In this document: piece after piece, positions 9,460 through 17,637 of the stretch | Layout of the letters: every line of letters begins with the position of its first letter | Numbering within the stretch: position 1 is the first letter of the stretch | From: Candidatus Binataceae bacterium | GTDB lineage: Bacteria > Desulfobacterota > Binatia > Binatales > Binataceae | Assembly (NCBI GenBank): GCA_050736455.1 | Contig: JBOHWF010000227.1 | Coordinates: 1 to 40,986 of the forward strand | Direction: 5' to 3' | Length of the DNA stretch: 40,986 bases | Notes under the pieces: model-generated | What the model was told of the DNA's origin: nothing | Seen by the model: the letters and a program-made list of their open reading frames with translations, nothing else | Database searches by the model: none | Position numbers and translations under genes: made by a program

Positions 9460-11670
9460 CTAGCTGCGGCTGAGCGCCACGGCCGCCAACACGTGCTTGT
9501 CCAGATCGTCGAAATGGTAGGTTCCATCCGTGTGCTTGCTGTAGACGTCGAGCTCGATAGCAAAGCTGCAGGCGGTTGGTCCTCCATCGGGAAGCAGCGT
9601 CGAGAGCAGCCCATTTGCCGCCGGCGAAAGCTCGGGCGGTCCGGCCGCGCGCGTCGGCGGCTGATCCGAATCAGCGCCCGAGTCGAGTGTCCCGGTGCCG
9701 CCACCGAGGCCGCGCTCCCACCACAGTACGAAGCTCGACATGAAGGTGCTTGGCGGCAGCGGATTGGGCGGATTCGGATCGCTCAGCACGGCGTGATAGG
9801 CGCGATAGCCGACCTGGAAGGCGTCGCTGCCGTCACCGCTCAGGAATTGGCACTCGGCGGTGCTGCTGACGCCCGCCAGGCTGAAGCTGTCGATCTCGCC
9901 GACCACGGGGCGATTGTCCGCCCAGATTAGATGTGTCAGCGCCGCATACGGCACGTTGGTCGTGCTGCCCGGACCAGTCAGCGTCGGCATCAGGCGGATG
10001 AACTGGAAACTGACCGCGACATCGCCGGGGCCCGGCGCCACGCCGGGCGGCACGAGCCGATCGCCGTTGCTCTTGAAGACCTCGACCGCCACCAGGAACC
10101 GTCCATTGCCGGACCCCGGCGGCGGGCTGGCGCTCGGATTCAGCTTGGTCGTGTCATAGTACTGGTGGAACTGACCGCCCTCCCAGTCCTGATCTGGACT
10201 GGTCGACGCGACCGGCTGCACCGTCGGCGACTGATACGGGATGATATACAAGTCCTTCACCGCAACGCCGACGCTGTTGGTCACCGGCGGCTGCGGACCG
10301 AGGAGTTGCGGGTCGGTCTCGATACCCGAGGGGCCGAGCGCATACTTGTTCCACGAGATCGCATTCTCAATCGGCTGCATCGTGCCAATCGGATTGCCGA
10401 TGAGGTCGACAGGCGCGACGCTCAGCCGATAGTAATAGGCCCCGAGCGCTTCCATGCCGGGATCGAAATACAACATGAAGTTCAGGGTCTTGCACCACGG
10501 CGCATTGTTGGCATTGACCAGCCCGCCATTCGCCGGCGGGGCCGCGACGCTAAATGCGCCGGTTTGCGTTGTATCGGTGTTCCCTACCGGCACGCCGTAG
10601 TTGCTGTGCAGCGTGTGAGTTGAGGTCAAGCCGATCTGTTGCAGCGTGACGAAGTCCGTGCCGGGCGGCGGTGGCAGGTTGCCGCAAGCGCTGCCCGCCA
10701 AGGTCGAGAGGTTGGCGAAATCGTCGGCGGCAAAGTACTGATGCGCCGCCGCCCCGTCGTAGATGCAGACCAGCCCGCCGCCCTGCTGTTGAAAAACTTT
10801 GTAGTAGTAACTCCGATAGCAATTCCAGAGGATGAACGGGAACTGCTCGAAGCAAAACTGGAAAGAGCCGTCCGGCTGCAGGGTGGCCTCGCCGAGCTTG
10901 GACGATGAACAAAAACACCAGATCGGCCAGAGCGAAGGATGGGCAATGAAGTACTGTACCGCCTCCTGCGCGGAACTCGCCTCAAGCACCTGCAGATCCT
11001 GATGCAGCTCGGTGTTGGGCGCGAAACGCAAATCGATTTTGCCCGCGGCGATCGCGCGATTCACCCGCGTCTCGGCGACGCGGTCGAGCGGACCGGGATC
11101 AGGACCGGGGCGCGGCGGTGGCGGAAACATCACCGGATTCGCCGCCAGAAAGCGCTTGAGCTTGTCGATCAACGGCGGCACGTCGATCAGCAGGAACGGA
11201 AAGCAGCAGCAGGTCGATTCGTAAACCTCGACCACGCCGTTGCAAATCGGGAGGCAGAATTCAGCCGGCGGAAACGGGATGCGTCCGAGGGCGAAGCTCT
11301 TGAGCAGCGGCGCGCGATCGATGAAGAACGGGAAACACTTGCTGACCTTGCCGGCGAGACAGATCGTGAAACCCAGCCACCGCCGCCACCATTGCGCGGG
11401 AATCTCGATGGCGAGGTCTTTTTCCCAAGCCGGCACCGCCTGTTCGGCCGAGAATTTGACCAACAGCTTGGGATCGAGTTGGCTCGGGTCTGGAACGTCC
11501 GGGCCCAGCGCGATCGTACCCTTCAAACCCCGGGCAGGATCGGTATTGAGCTGGCCCTTCGCTCCCGCGACCAGTTTTTTCGCCGCCCCTCTGGCGTCAA
11601 TCGTGTAGAGGGCGAGGTTGGGTGTCTGCTCGTTCGGCTGAGCGCCGACGAACCTGGTTTCTACTTGCAT
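9460..11670 (-). CDS. Large hypothetical protein (736 aa), Cys- and Pro-rich, no recognisable domain
   Basis: There is a strong RBS (GGAGGGAG, 5 nt before the ATG at 11670). Amino-acid composition is normal, unlike the Arg/Ala-rich antisense ORFs. No signal peptide or TM segment is present. It contains 16 Cys including STCCCFPF and WCFCSS, and proline linkers (PPPPRPGPDPGP, PPPPG, PNPPNPLPP). Confidence 0.7.
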   Translation of the reverse strand: MQVETRFVGAQPNEQTPNLALYTIDARGAAKKLVAGAKGQLNTDPARGLKGTIALGPDVPDPSQLDPKLLVKFSAEQAVPAWEKDLAIEIPAQWWRRWLGFTICLAGKVSKCFPFFIDRAPLLKSFALGRIPFPPAEFCLPICNGVVEVYESTCCCFPFLLIDVPPLIDKLKRFLAANPVMFPPPPRPGPDPGPLDRVAETRVNRAIAAGKIDLRFAPNTELHQDLQVLEASSAQEAVQYFIAHPSLWPIWCFCSSSKLGEATLQPDGSFQFCFEQFPFILWNCYRSYYYKVFQQQGGGLVCIYDGAAAHQYFAADDFANLSTLAGSACGNLPPPPGTDFVTLQQIGLTSTHTLHSNYGVPVGNTDTTQTGAFSVAAPPANGGLVNANNAPWCKTLNFMLYFDPGMEALGAYYYRLSVAPVDLIGNPIGTMQPIENAISWNKYALGPSGIETDPQLLGPQPPVTNSVGVAVKDLYIIPYQSPTVQPVASTSPDQDWEGGQFHQYYDTTKLNPSASPPPGSGNGRFLVAVEVFKSNGDRLVPPGVAPGPGDVAVSFQFIRLMPTLTGPGSTTNVPYAALTHLIWADNRPVVGEIDSFSLAGVSSTAECQFLSGDGSDAFQVGYRAYHAVLSDPNPPNPLPPSTFMSSFVLWWERGLGGGTGTLDSGADSDQPPTRAAGPPELSPAANGLLSTLLPDGGPTACSFAIELDVYSKHTDGTYHFDDLDKHVLAAVALSRS

Positions 11671-11863
11671 AAGGCTCCCTCCATCCTGTTCGGATGATCA
11701 GGAACCTAGCGCAATTTGCATACCGAGAGAAAACTGCTGACTTTTCCTTGCATGGCCGCACGGTCTACAGGAATCTTTGCACCAGTCGCATCGATCGCTT
11801 CGCAGCGACGGCTCCGACTGAGCATCGCGATGCGGTCGAGGCTCCCTCGCGCGCGGCGCCAGC

Positions 11864-12490
11864 CTACAGGTTGGTCTTGTAATCCTGCGCGACAAACTGA
11901 TCGATCTGCGCGGCGGTCTTCGCGTCGGCGCCGACTTTTCCCGCCAGATACTCGCCCCAAGAGATCTTGATCGGCGCGCGCCAGCTCTCCGGATGCCAGA
12001 GCTGCGAGCGCATAAAAGCCTTGGCGCAGTGGAAGAAACATTCGCGGATGGTTACGCGAATCGCGAGCTGCGGGTTGGCGCCGCGCGCCGCCAACCGCTC
12101 CAGCACCGCAGGCTCGACCGTCAGCTCGGCCGTGCCGTTGACCCGCAGTGTCTCGTCGGTGCCCGGGACCATGAAGATCAGCCCGACGTGCGGATTCGCC
12201 AGGATATTCTGAAACGTGAAAACCAGCTTGTTGCCCTTTCGGTCAGGGATGAGGATGCTGCGCGGATTCTCGATCGCGACGAACCCCGGCGCGTCACCCT
12301 TGGGCGAGGCGTCCTGATTGCCCGCGGCGTCGGCCGTCGCGAGCACCAGGAAGGGCGCGCGTTCGATAAACGCGATCGCCGGCTCGTCGAGCGCCTCGAG
12401 CAGCTTATGCGGAGTCAGCGCGCCTGGTTCGCCGACGATCGCGCGAAGCTGTGCCACGTTCGTAATGCGATAATCAGTTGGGGTTTCCAT
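11864..12490 (-). CDS. Pyridoxamine 5'-phosphate oxidase (PPOX)-type FMN-binding flavoprotein
   Basis: 208 aa. FLVLATADAAGNQDASPKGDAPGFV...LRVNGTAEL...FHCAKAF fits the split-barrel PPOX family (MSMEG_1061-like). Confidence 0.75.
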   Translation of the reverse strand: METPTDYRITNVAQLRAIVGEPGALTPHKLLEALDEPAIAFIERAPFLVLATADAAGNQDASPKGDAPGFVAIENPRSILIPDRKGNKLVFTFQNILANPHVGLIFMVPGTDETLRVNGTAELTVEPAVLERLAARGANPQLAIRVTIRECFFHCAKAFMRSQLWHPESWRAPIKISWGEYLAGKVGADAKTAAQIDQFVAQDYKTNL

Positions 12491-12502
12491 TCGCGTCTCC
12501 CC

Positions 12503-12970
12503 TTAAATCAGTTGCAGCGCGGTTTCAGCGAAGTCCTTGAGGCGGTCGTCCCACGCGAACGCCGCTGCACGCGCGTATTTCCCGCCCTGCACCGACAGGA
12601 CGATATAGGCCGTCCCCGGATAATCCGGCTCGGAGGAATCGAACGAGCATGCCTGCGCGCGATCGGTCGGCGAGAAGTAGGCGTCGTGGTCCGGATGCGA
12701 ATGATAGACCGCCTTGAGTTCGAGCTTGCGCGCGTCGAGCTCGCGCATCACCGCCAGATGCTCCCGCGGGTCCATCAGGAAGGCCGTGCGCGCGTCGCGG
12801 GCGAAGGCCGCCGGATCCGCGGCATGCTTTTGATTCTGGATATTCGTGATCGGCCGGACCTCCTCGGCGACGGCGTCGCCGACAATAAACCCGCAGCACT
12901 CGAAGGGGAACTCACGCTCCGCCTGCGCGACGATCCGTTCGTAGTTCTCGCGCTTGATCGCAACCGCCAT
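12503..12970 (-). CDS. Mov34/MPN+/JAMM-family metallopeptidase
   Basis: 155 aa with the conserved Glu region FPFECCGFIVG and the JAMM motif YHSHPDHDAYFSPTD. Confidence 0.85.
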   Translation of the reverse strand: MAVAIKRENYERIVAQAEREFPFECCGFIVGDAVAEEVRPITNIQNQKHAADPAAFARDARTAFLMDPREHLAVMRELDARKLELKAVYHSHPDHDAYFSPTDRAQACSFDSSEPDYPGTAYIVLSVQGGKYARAAAFAWDDRLKDFAETALQLI

Positions 12971-13000
12971 CGCCGTGGAGCCTAGCAGATTTCTTCACTA

Positions 13001-13044
13001 GGCGGAGCGCAGCGCAGCCGAGCAGGCGAGTCTGCGAGCTGCGT
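13001..13044 (+). repeat. REP-like dispersed repeat, copy 1
   Basis: GGCGGAGCGCAGCGCAGCCGAGCAGGCGAGTCTGCGAGCTGCGT. It is internally self-complementary (GCGCAGC/GCTGCGT and GCAG/CTGC). It matches copy 2 with 2 mismatches by eye. Confidence 0.7.
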
Positions 13045-13119
13045 CCAAAAATTAAAACAGCCCATCTGCTTTCGGCTTGCCTGCCACCCCAATCCCGCGT
13101 AGGAACTAGCGCATCACCA

Positions 13120-13163
13120 GGCGGAGCGCAGCGCAGCCGAGCAGGCCAGTCGGCGAGCTGCGT
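13120..13163 (+). repeat. REP-like dispersed repeat, copy 2
   Basis: GGCGGAGCGCAGCGCAGCCGAGCAGGCCAGTCGGCGAGCTGCGT, in the same orientation 119 bp after copy 1. It lies just upstream of the DHOD-like gene. Confidence 0.7.
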
Positions 13164-13183
13164 TGAGAATCAGGAAGTAGAAC

Positions 13184-14026
13184 ATGGAAAGAACTGTTGT
13201 AAGGCTGGGGGGCGTCGAACTCAACTCGAGCGTGATGAATGCGTCGGGCCCGCATTCGGCGGAACGCGACGAGCTGCTCGAACTCGCGCGCGCCCATCGC
13301 GGGGCGATCGTCTTCAAGTCGTGCAACCAATTCGGCCTCGACCAGCCCGACAATCTCAAGAATCGCGGGGTCGAGCATTTCGCCGATGTCGCCGGCGACC
13401 TCGTGCCGCGCGGCAAAGCGATCATCGGCAGCGTGGTCGGCGCGAGCGACGATGAGATCGTCAAAGTTGCAGTCACGCTCGATCTCGCCGGCGTCAAGAT
13501 CGTCGAGCTCAACCTCGCGGACGACTTCGTCCAGAAGGCGGTCGCGCCATATTCATCGCTCGAACGCCTCAAGGGCCTTGTCGGCCGCGTCCGCGCTGAG
13601 ATCCAGGCCAAACTCGCGGTCAAGTTGCCGCCCAAGCTCGCGCTCGAGCCCCAGGCGGTGGCCGACCTCTTCAAGTCGCTCGCGGTCGAGATCGTGCTCT
13701 GCGCGAACGATCTGCCCAAAGACCTCGAACTGGATCTGAAGACCGGTACCGCCAACGGCCCGCTGCGCATGCTCTCGCAGGTGCACGCCTATTTTCGCGC
13801 AGCCGAGGGACGGCTCGACGTCGTCGCGGTCGGCGGCATCAACACCGGGCGCGACGCCTACATCGCTCACCTGACGGGCGCTAAGGCCGTACAAGTCGGC
13901 TCGGCGCTAATCAAGGAAGGCTCCGGCGCACTCGCTCGCATCGACACCGAACTCGACGATCTGCTCGGCGGCAACGGTCACGCTTCGGTTAATGAGATCA
14001 TCGGGCAGGTGAAGTTTTCGAGCTAG
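13184..14026 (+). CDS. Dihydroorotate dehydrogenase-like TIM-barrel protein, divergent, with the catalytic motif not conserved
   Basis: 280 aa. It aligns by eye to class-1 DHOD: VMNASG, VKLPP, and VAVGGINTGRDAYIAHLTGAKAVQVGSAL. However, the NLSCPN active-site loop reads NLADDF, and the SMGLPN region is missing. Confidence 0.65.
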   Translation: MERTVVRLGGVELNSSVMNASGPHSAERDELLELARAHRGAIVFKSCNQFGLDQPDNLKNRGVEHFADVAGDLVPRGKAIIGSVVGASDDEIVKVAVTLDLAGVKIVELNLADDFVQKAVAPYSSLERLKGLVGRVRAEIQAKLAVKLPPKLALEPQAVADLFKSLAVEIVLCANDLPKDLELDLKTGTANGPLRMLSQVHAYFRAAEGRLDVVAVGGINTGRDAYIAHLTGAKAVQVGSALIKEGSGALARIDTELDDLLGGNGHASVNEIIGQVKFSS

Positions 14027-14030
14027 CTGG
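13997..14030 (+). repeat. Direct repeat A (authentic 3' end of the DHOD-like gene)
   Basis: ATCATCGGGCAGGTGAAGTTTTCGAGCTAGCTGG recurs at 15173-15206 with 3 mismatches. Confidence 0.75.
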
Positions 14031-14151
14031 GCCGCTCTGCAAGCAGCCGATCTTGTTCAGTAGCTCGATTCTCAAGAGTCGCTTCGCTACGATGGGGCGC
14101 CGGCAGCACCGGTACCAGCCCGACAGATACTAACGCGGAGGTCGATCACCG

Positions 14152-15138
14152 ATGAAGCTCGCGCTGTACCTACCGAACTTCAGGGACAAGGTAACTGTCA
14201 GCGAAATCGTCGATCTCGCTCGCCTCGCCGAGCAGCTCGAGTTCGATTCCATTTGGACCCTCGACCGCATCGTGGTTCCGGAAGCCTCCGACCGCCAGGA
14301 GCTGCGCAAGCCGTTCGGCTTCATGCAGGAGTTTCCGCGCGCTCTACCGGTCGCTGCGCGCGGCGAGTTTCTGCAAGGACTGCCGCTCATCCCCTATCTG
14401 GCGGCGATCACGCAGAAGGTCAGGGTCGGCGTCAGCGTGATCGACACACCCTATCGGGCCCCTGGCGTCCTTGCGGCGGAGATCGCAACCTGGGACCACC
14501 TATCGGGCGGCCGGGTCAACGTCGGGGTGGGGACCGGCTGGATGCCTGAGGAGTTCGAGGCCGCAAGTGCGGCGCACATCTACGAAAGACGGAACCATCA
14601 CGTCGTCGAGACGATCGAGATCATGATCGGTGTTTGGACGCAGGAGCTCTTCGAGTACCATGGCGAGTTCGCCTCGTTTGCGAAGTGCGGCTTCGGTGCA
14701 AAGCCCGTCCAGAAGCCTCATCCGCCGATCTACTTCGGCGGGCTGAGAGTACCGAAGATCGCGGCCAAGCGGATCGCCAAATATGGGCTGGCCGGCTGGA
14801 TCGGAATACAGGACACCCCTGACGACATCAGGCAGTGGCGGTCCGCGATCAAAGCAGAACTCGAAATGATCGGCGGTTCGCGCTCCGTCGACGATCTCGA
14901 AATCGCGAGTATGCTCTTCTTCGACATCACGGACGAGAAGACCGATCAGACTCCCAAGGGCAAGCTGACTCCTTCGATGACGGGAACCGTTCAACAGCTC
15001 ACCGACAACCTCAAGCGCTACCAGGACGCCGGCTTGACGCTACCGCTGCTCTGGCCTCCGTTTAGCGGTGTGCCCACGGCGAAGACCATGGTCGATCTGA
15101 GAAGACTGAAGGAGGAGATTCTACCAAAGGTACGGTAA
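14152..15138 (+). CDS. LLM-class (luciferase-like) flavin/F420-dependent oxidoreductase
   Basis: 328 aa. The N-terminus MKLALYLPNF...LAEQLEFDSIWTLDRIV and the length are typical of the small LLM class. Confidence 0.8.
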   Translation: MKLALYLPNFRDKVTVSEIVDLARLAEQLEFDSIWTLDRIVVPEASDRQELRKPFGFMQEFPRALPVAARGEFLQGLPLIPYLAAITQKVRVGVSVIDTPYRAPGVLAAEIATWDHLSGGRVNVGVGTGWMPEEFEAASAAHIYERRNHHVVETIEIMIGVWTQELFEYHGEFASFAKCGFGAKPVQKPHPPIYFGGLRVPKIAAKRIAKYGLAGWIGIQDTPDDIRQWRSAIKAELEMIGGSRSVDDLEIASMLFFDITDEKTDQTPKGKLTPSMTGTVQQLTDNLKRYQDAGLTLPLLWPPFSGVPTAKTMVDLRRLKEEILPKVR

Positions 15139-15172
15139 CGAGGGACGGAGAGCGCTTGGTAGGATCATTGCC

Positions 15173-15206
15173 ATCATCGGGTAGGTGAGGTTTTCAAGCT
15201 AGCTGG
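15173..15206 (+). repeat. Direct repeat A' (decayed copy of the DHOD-like gene 3' end)
   Basis: ATCATCGGGTAGGTGAGGTTTTCAAGCTAGCTGG. A CAG-to-TAG change introduces a stop, giving IIG*VRFSS* against IIGQVKFSS*. Weaker similarity extends about 25 nt further upstream. Confidence 0.7.
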
Positions 15207-15290
15207 CGCGCGCTGATCGCAGGCAGCTTGCCCCGCTTCTGGCGGCTCTGCTAGCGTCGCGGGGCTGGCCATCCATCTCCGTCGCGCACC

Positions 15291-15368
15291 GTCCCCGTCG
15301 TCTAGCTCGGCCTAGGACACCGGCCTTTCACGTCGGTAACACGGGTTCAAATCCCGTCGGGGACGCCA
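15291..15368 (+). tRNA. tRNA-Glu (anticodon UUC), CCA encoded
   Basis: Manual cloverleaf: acceptor GTCCCCG/CGGGGAC, D stem GTCT/GGAC, anticodon stem CCGGC/GTCGG with loop CTTTCAC, and T arm ACGGG-TTCAAAT-CCCGT. The discriminator is G followed by CCA. Confidence 0.9.
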
Positions 15369-15396
15369 TCACATCGAAGCCTGAAATCGCTATAAT
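15368..15396 (+). promoter_or_regulatory. Candidate sigma70-type promoter for the hydantoinase operon
   Basis: Perfect TATAAT at 15391-15396, with ATCACA 17 nt upstream. It lies 60 nt before the hydantoinase A ATG. Confidence 0.3.
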
Positions 15397-15456
15397 CGCC
15401 GCGACCTCCGCGTCGCGGCGAGCGGCGGCGCGGGAGTTCGATGGCGCAGTGAAATA

Positions 15457-17574
15457 ATGAAATACTTCTGTTCGATCGATACCGGCGGCACCTTCACCGA
15501 TTGCGTCGTGATCGACGAACAGGGAAGCGTGACCATCGCCAAGAGCCCGTCGACGCCCGACGACTTTGCGCGCGGCTTCTTCAACGCGCTTGAGGCCGCG
15601 GCTGAGCGCCTCGACGTGACGCTGCGTGATCTATTGGCTGAGACCTCGTTGCTGTTTCACGGCACCACCGTCGGCACCAACGCGATTATCCAGATGCAGG
15701 GCGCCAAGACCGGCCTGATCACGACCCGCGGCCACGCCGACGCCTTGCTGATCATGCGTTCAGTCGGGCGTTCGGCCGGCCTGCCAATCAGCCAATTACT
15801 GCACATCTCGCGTCATCAGAAGCCGCGTCCGATCGTGCCGCGCGCGCTCATTCGCGAGGTCAGCGAGCGCGTGGACTGGAAAGGCGCTGTGATACTCGAA
15901 CTCAACCTCGACGAAGCCTGCGCGGCGATCGACCAGTTGCTGGCCGAGGGCGTCGAGGCGATCGCGATTTCGTTCCTGTGGAGCTTCGTCAATCCGGCGC
16001 ATGAGCTGCGAGTCAAGCAGATCGTGCGCGAGAAATCCCCGGCGACTTTCGTCACCTGCGCGCACGAGCTGATTTCGCGGATGGGCGAGTATGAGCGCAC
16101 CGCGGCGGTCGCGATCAACTGCTTTATCGGCGCGAAAAGCGCGGATTATATCGGCCGGATCGAGACGCGCGCGCGCGAACTCGGCTACCGCTTCCCGCTC
16201 CTGCTCATGCAAAGCTCGGGCGGCGTGACGCCCGCCGCCGACGCCATCGAGCGCCCGCTCTTCACCATCGACTCGGGTCCGGCCGGCGGCGTGATGGGCG
16301 CGAAATTCCTCGCCGACACGCTCGGCCATCGCAACGCCATCGCGAGCGACGTCGGCGGCACCAGCTTCGACGTCGGCCTGATTCACGACGGCGTGCCGCT
16401 GACCACCTCGCAGGCGACCTACAATCAGTACACTTTCTATTCTCCGCGTATCGAGGTGTCGTCGATCGGCAGCGGCGGCGGCAGTATCATCTGGCTCGAC
16501 GAGCTGAGCGGGACGCTGCGCGTCGGTCCGGATTCCGCCGGCGCCGATCCGGGGCCGGCCTGTTACGGACGCGGCGGCGCGCGTCCCACTATCACCGACG
16601 CCGCCATGATCGTCGGCTATCTGAATCCCGATAACTTTCTCGCCGGGCGGATGAAGCTCGACGCACGCAAGTCGGCCGCCGCGATGCGTCCAATCGCCGA
16701 GGCCCTGGGCCTCGAGCTGGTCGAAGCCGCCAGCGGCGCACTCGAAATCGGCGAATTCCAGATGGCTGGCCTGATGCGCCAGATGACTCTGCAGCGCGGC
16801 CTCGATCCGCGCGACTTCGTGGTTTATGCCTACGGCGGCGGCGGGCCGATGCATTGCGTGTCGTACGCCCGCGAACTCGGCTGCACGGAAGTGGTCGTCC
16901 CGCTCGGCACGATCGCGTCGGCGTGGTCGGCCTTGGGAATTCTCGCCTCCGACGTCCTGCACGTCCGCGAAAGAGCCGTCGTGATGCCCGACCCGTACGA
17001 CGTCGGGGCGATCAATCAGATTTTCGACGAACTCGAGGACGAAGGGCGTGCGCAACTGCGCCGCGAGGGCATCCCAGCAGAGGATATGCTGTTCCGTCGC
17101 TACGCCGACATGCAGTTCCGCATGCAGATTCATCGAATCGAGATGCCGCTATCCGCGGCGTTCGACGCCGCCGCGGCGCTCGAGCTGCCGTCGCGTTTTG
17201 CCGAAACCTACGAGCGGCTCTACGGCCGCGGCTCGTCGTTCAAGGAGGCCGGCACTCAGATCGGCGCGCTGCGCTCGACCGCGATCGGCCGGATTCGCCG
17301 CCCAAGCCTCGGCCGTAGTCGGGAGGCCAAATCCGCTTTGCCAATCTCGGCCGGCGACGCGCATCCGGGCTATCGCCAGGTTTATTGGCGGTCGCTGCGA
17401 AGTTTCGTCCGCACGCCGACCTATTCCAGCGCCGCGATGGTCCAGCAATCGCGCATCGCGGGACCCGCAATCATCGAGTTGCCCGAGACCACCATCGTGC
17501 TTCCGCCCGCGAGTTCCGGGCGGCTCGATGACTACGGCAATTTCCTGATTGCGATCGAGAATGTCGCGCTCTAG
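15457..17574 (+). CDS. Hydantoinase A/oxoprolinase family protein (acetone carboxylase beta-like)
   Basis: 705 aa with the ATPase motifs IDTGGTFTDCV and DVGGTSFDVGLI. Confidence 0.88.
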   Translation: MKYFCSIDTGGTFTDCVVIDEQGSVTIAKSPSTPDDFARGFFNALEAAAERLDVTLRDLLAETSLLFHGTTVGTNAIIQMQGAKTGLITTRGHADALLIMRSVGRSAGLPISQLLHISRHQKPRPIVPRALIREVSERVDWKGAVILELNLDEACAAIDQLLAEGVEAIAISFLWSFVNPAHELRVKQIVREKSPATFVTCAHELISRMGEYERTAAVAINCFIGAKSADYIGRIETRARELGYRFPLLLMQSSGGVTPAADAIERPLFTIDSGPAGGVMGAKFLADTLGHRNAIASDVGGTSFDVGLIHDGVPLTTSQATYNQYTFYSPRIEVSSIGSGGGSIIWLDELSGTLRVGPDSAGADPGPACYGRGGARPTITDAAMIVGYLNPDNFLAGRMKLDARKSAAAMRPIAEALGLELVEAASGALEIGEFQMAGLMRQMTLQRGLDPRDFVVYAYGGGGPMHCVSYARELGCTEVVVPLGTIASAWSALGILASDVLHVRERAVVMPDPYDVGAINQIFDELEDEGRAQLRREGIPAEDMLFRRYADMQFRMQIHRIEMPLSAAFDAAAALELPSRFAETYERLYGRGSSFKEAGTQIGALRSTAIGRIRRPSLGRSREAKSALPISAGDAHPGYRQVYWRSLRSFVRTPTYSSAAMVQQSRIAGPAIIELPETTIVLPPASSGRLDDYGNFLIAIENVAL

Positions 17575-17613
17575 CTTTATGTCTCATCAACCAAATTACA
17601 TTTGTCATTCTGA

Positions 17614-17637
17614 GGGATTCCGCGACCGAAGAATCCC
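17614..17637 (+). other. Intercistronic hairpin within a GTCATTCTGAG-type element
   Basis: GGGATTC-cgcgaccgaa-GAATCCC is preceded by TTTGTCATTCTGAG. It lies in the 100-nt gap between the two hydantoinase genes. Confidence 0.45.

Noticed and set aside
9931-11697. Plus-strand ORFs of 230 aa and 252 aa opposite the 736-aa gene
   Set aside because: They are Arg-rich shadow ORFs. The minus-strand frame has a strong RBS and protein-like composition.
11993-12985. 330-aa plus-strand ORF
   Set aside because: It is antisense to the PPOX and JAMM genes, both of which have clear motifs.
13114-13770. 218-aa minus-strand ORF overlapping repeat copy 2 and the DHOD-like gene
   Set aside because: Its composition is Ser/Ala/Arg-rich. 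The plus-strand frame shows DHOD-fold blocks.
15796-17133. 445-aa minus-strand ORF
   Set aside because: It is antisense to the hydantoinase A gene. It has an Arg/Ala/Asp-rich composition and no motifs.
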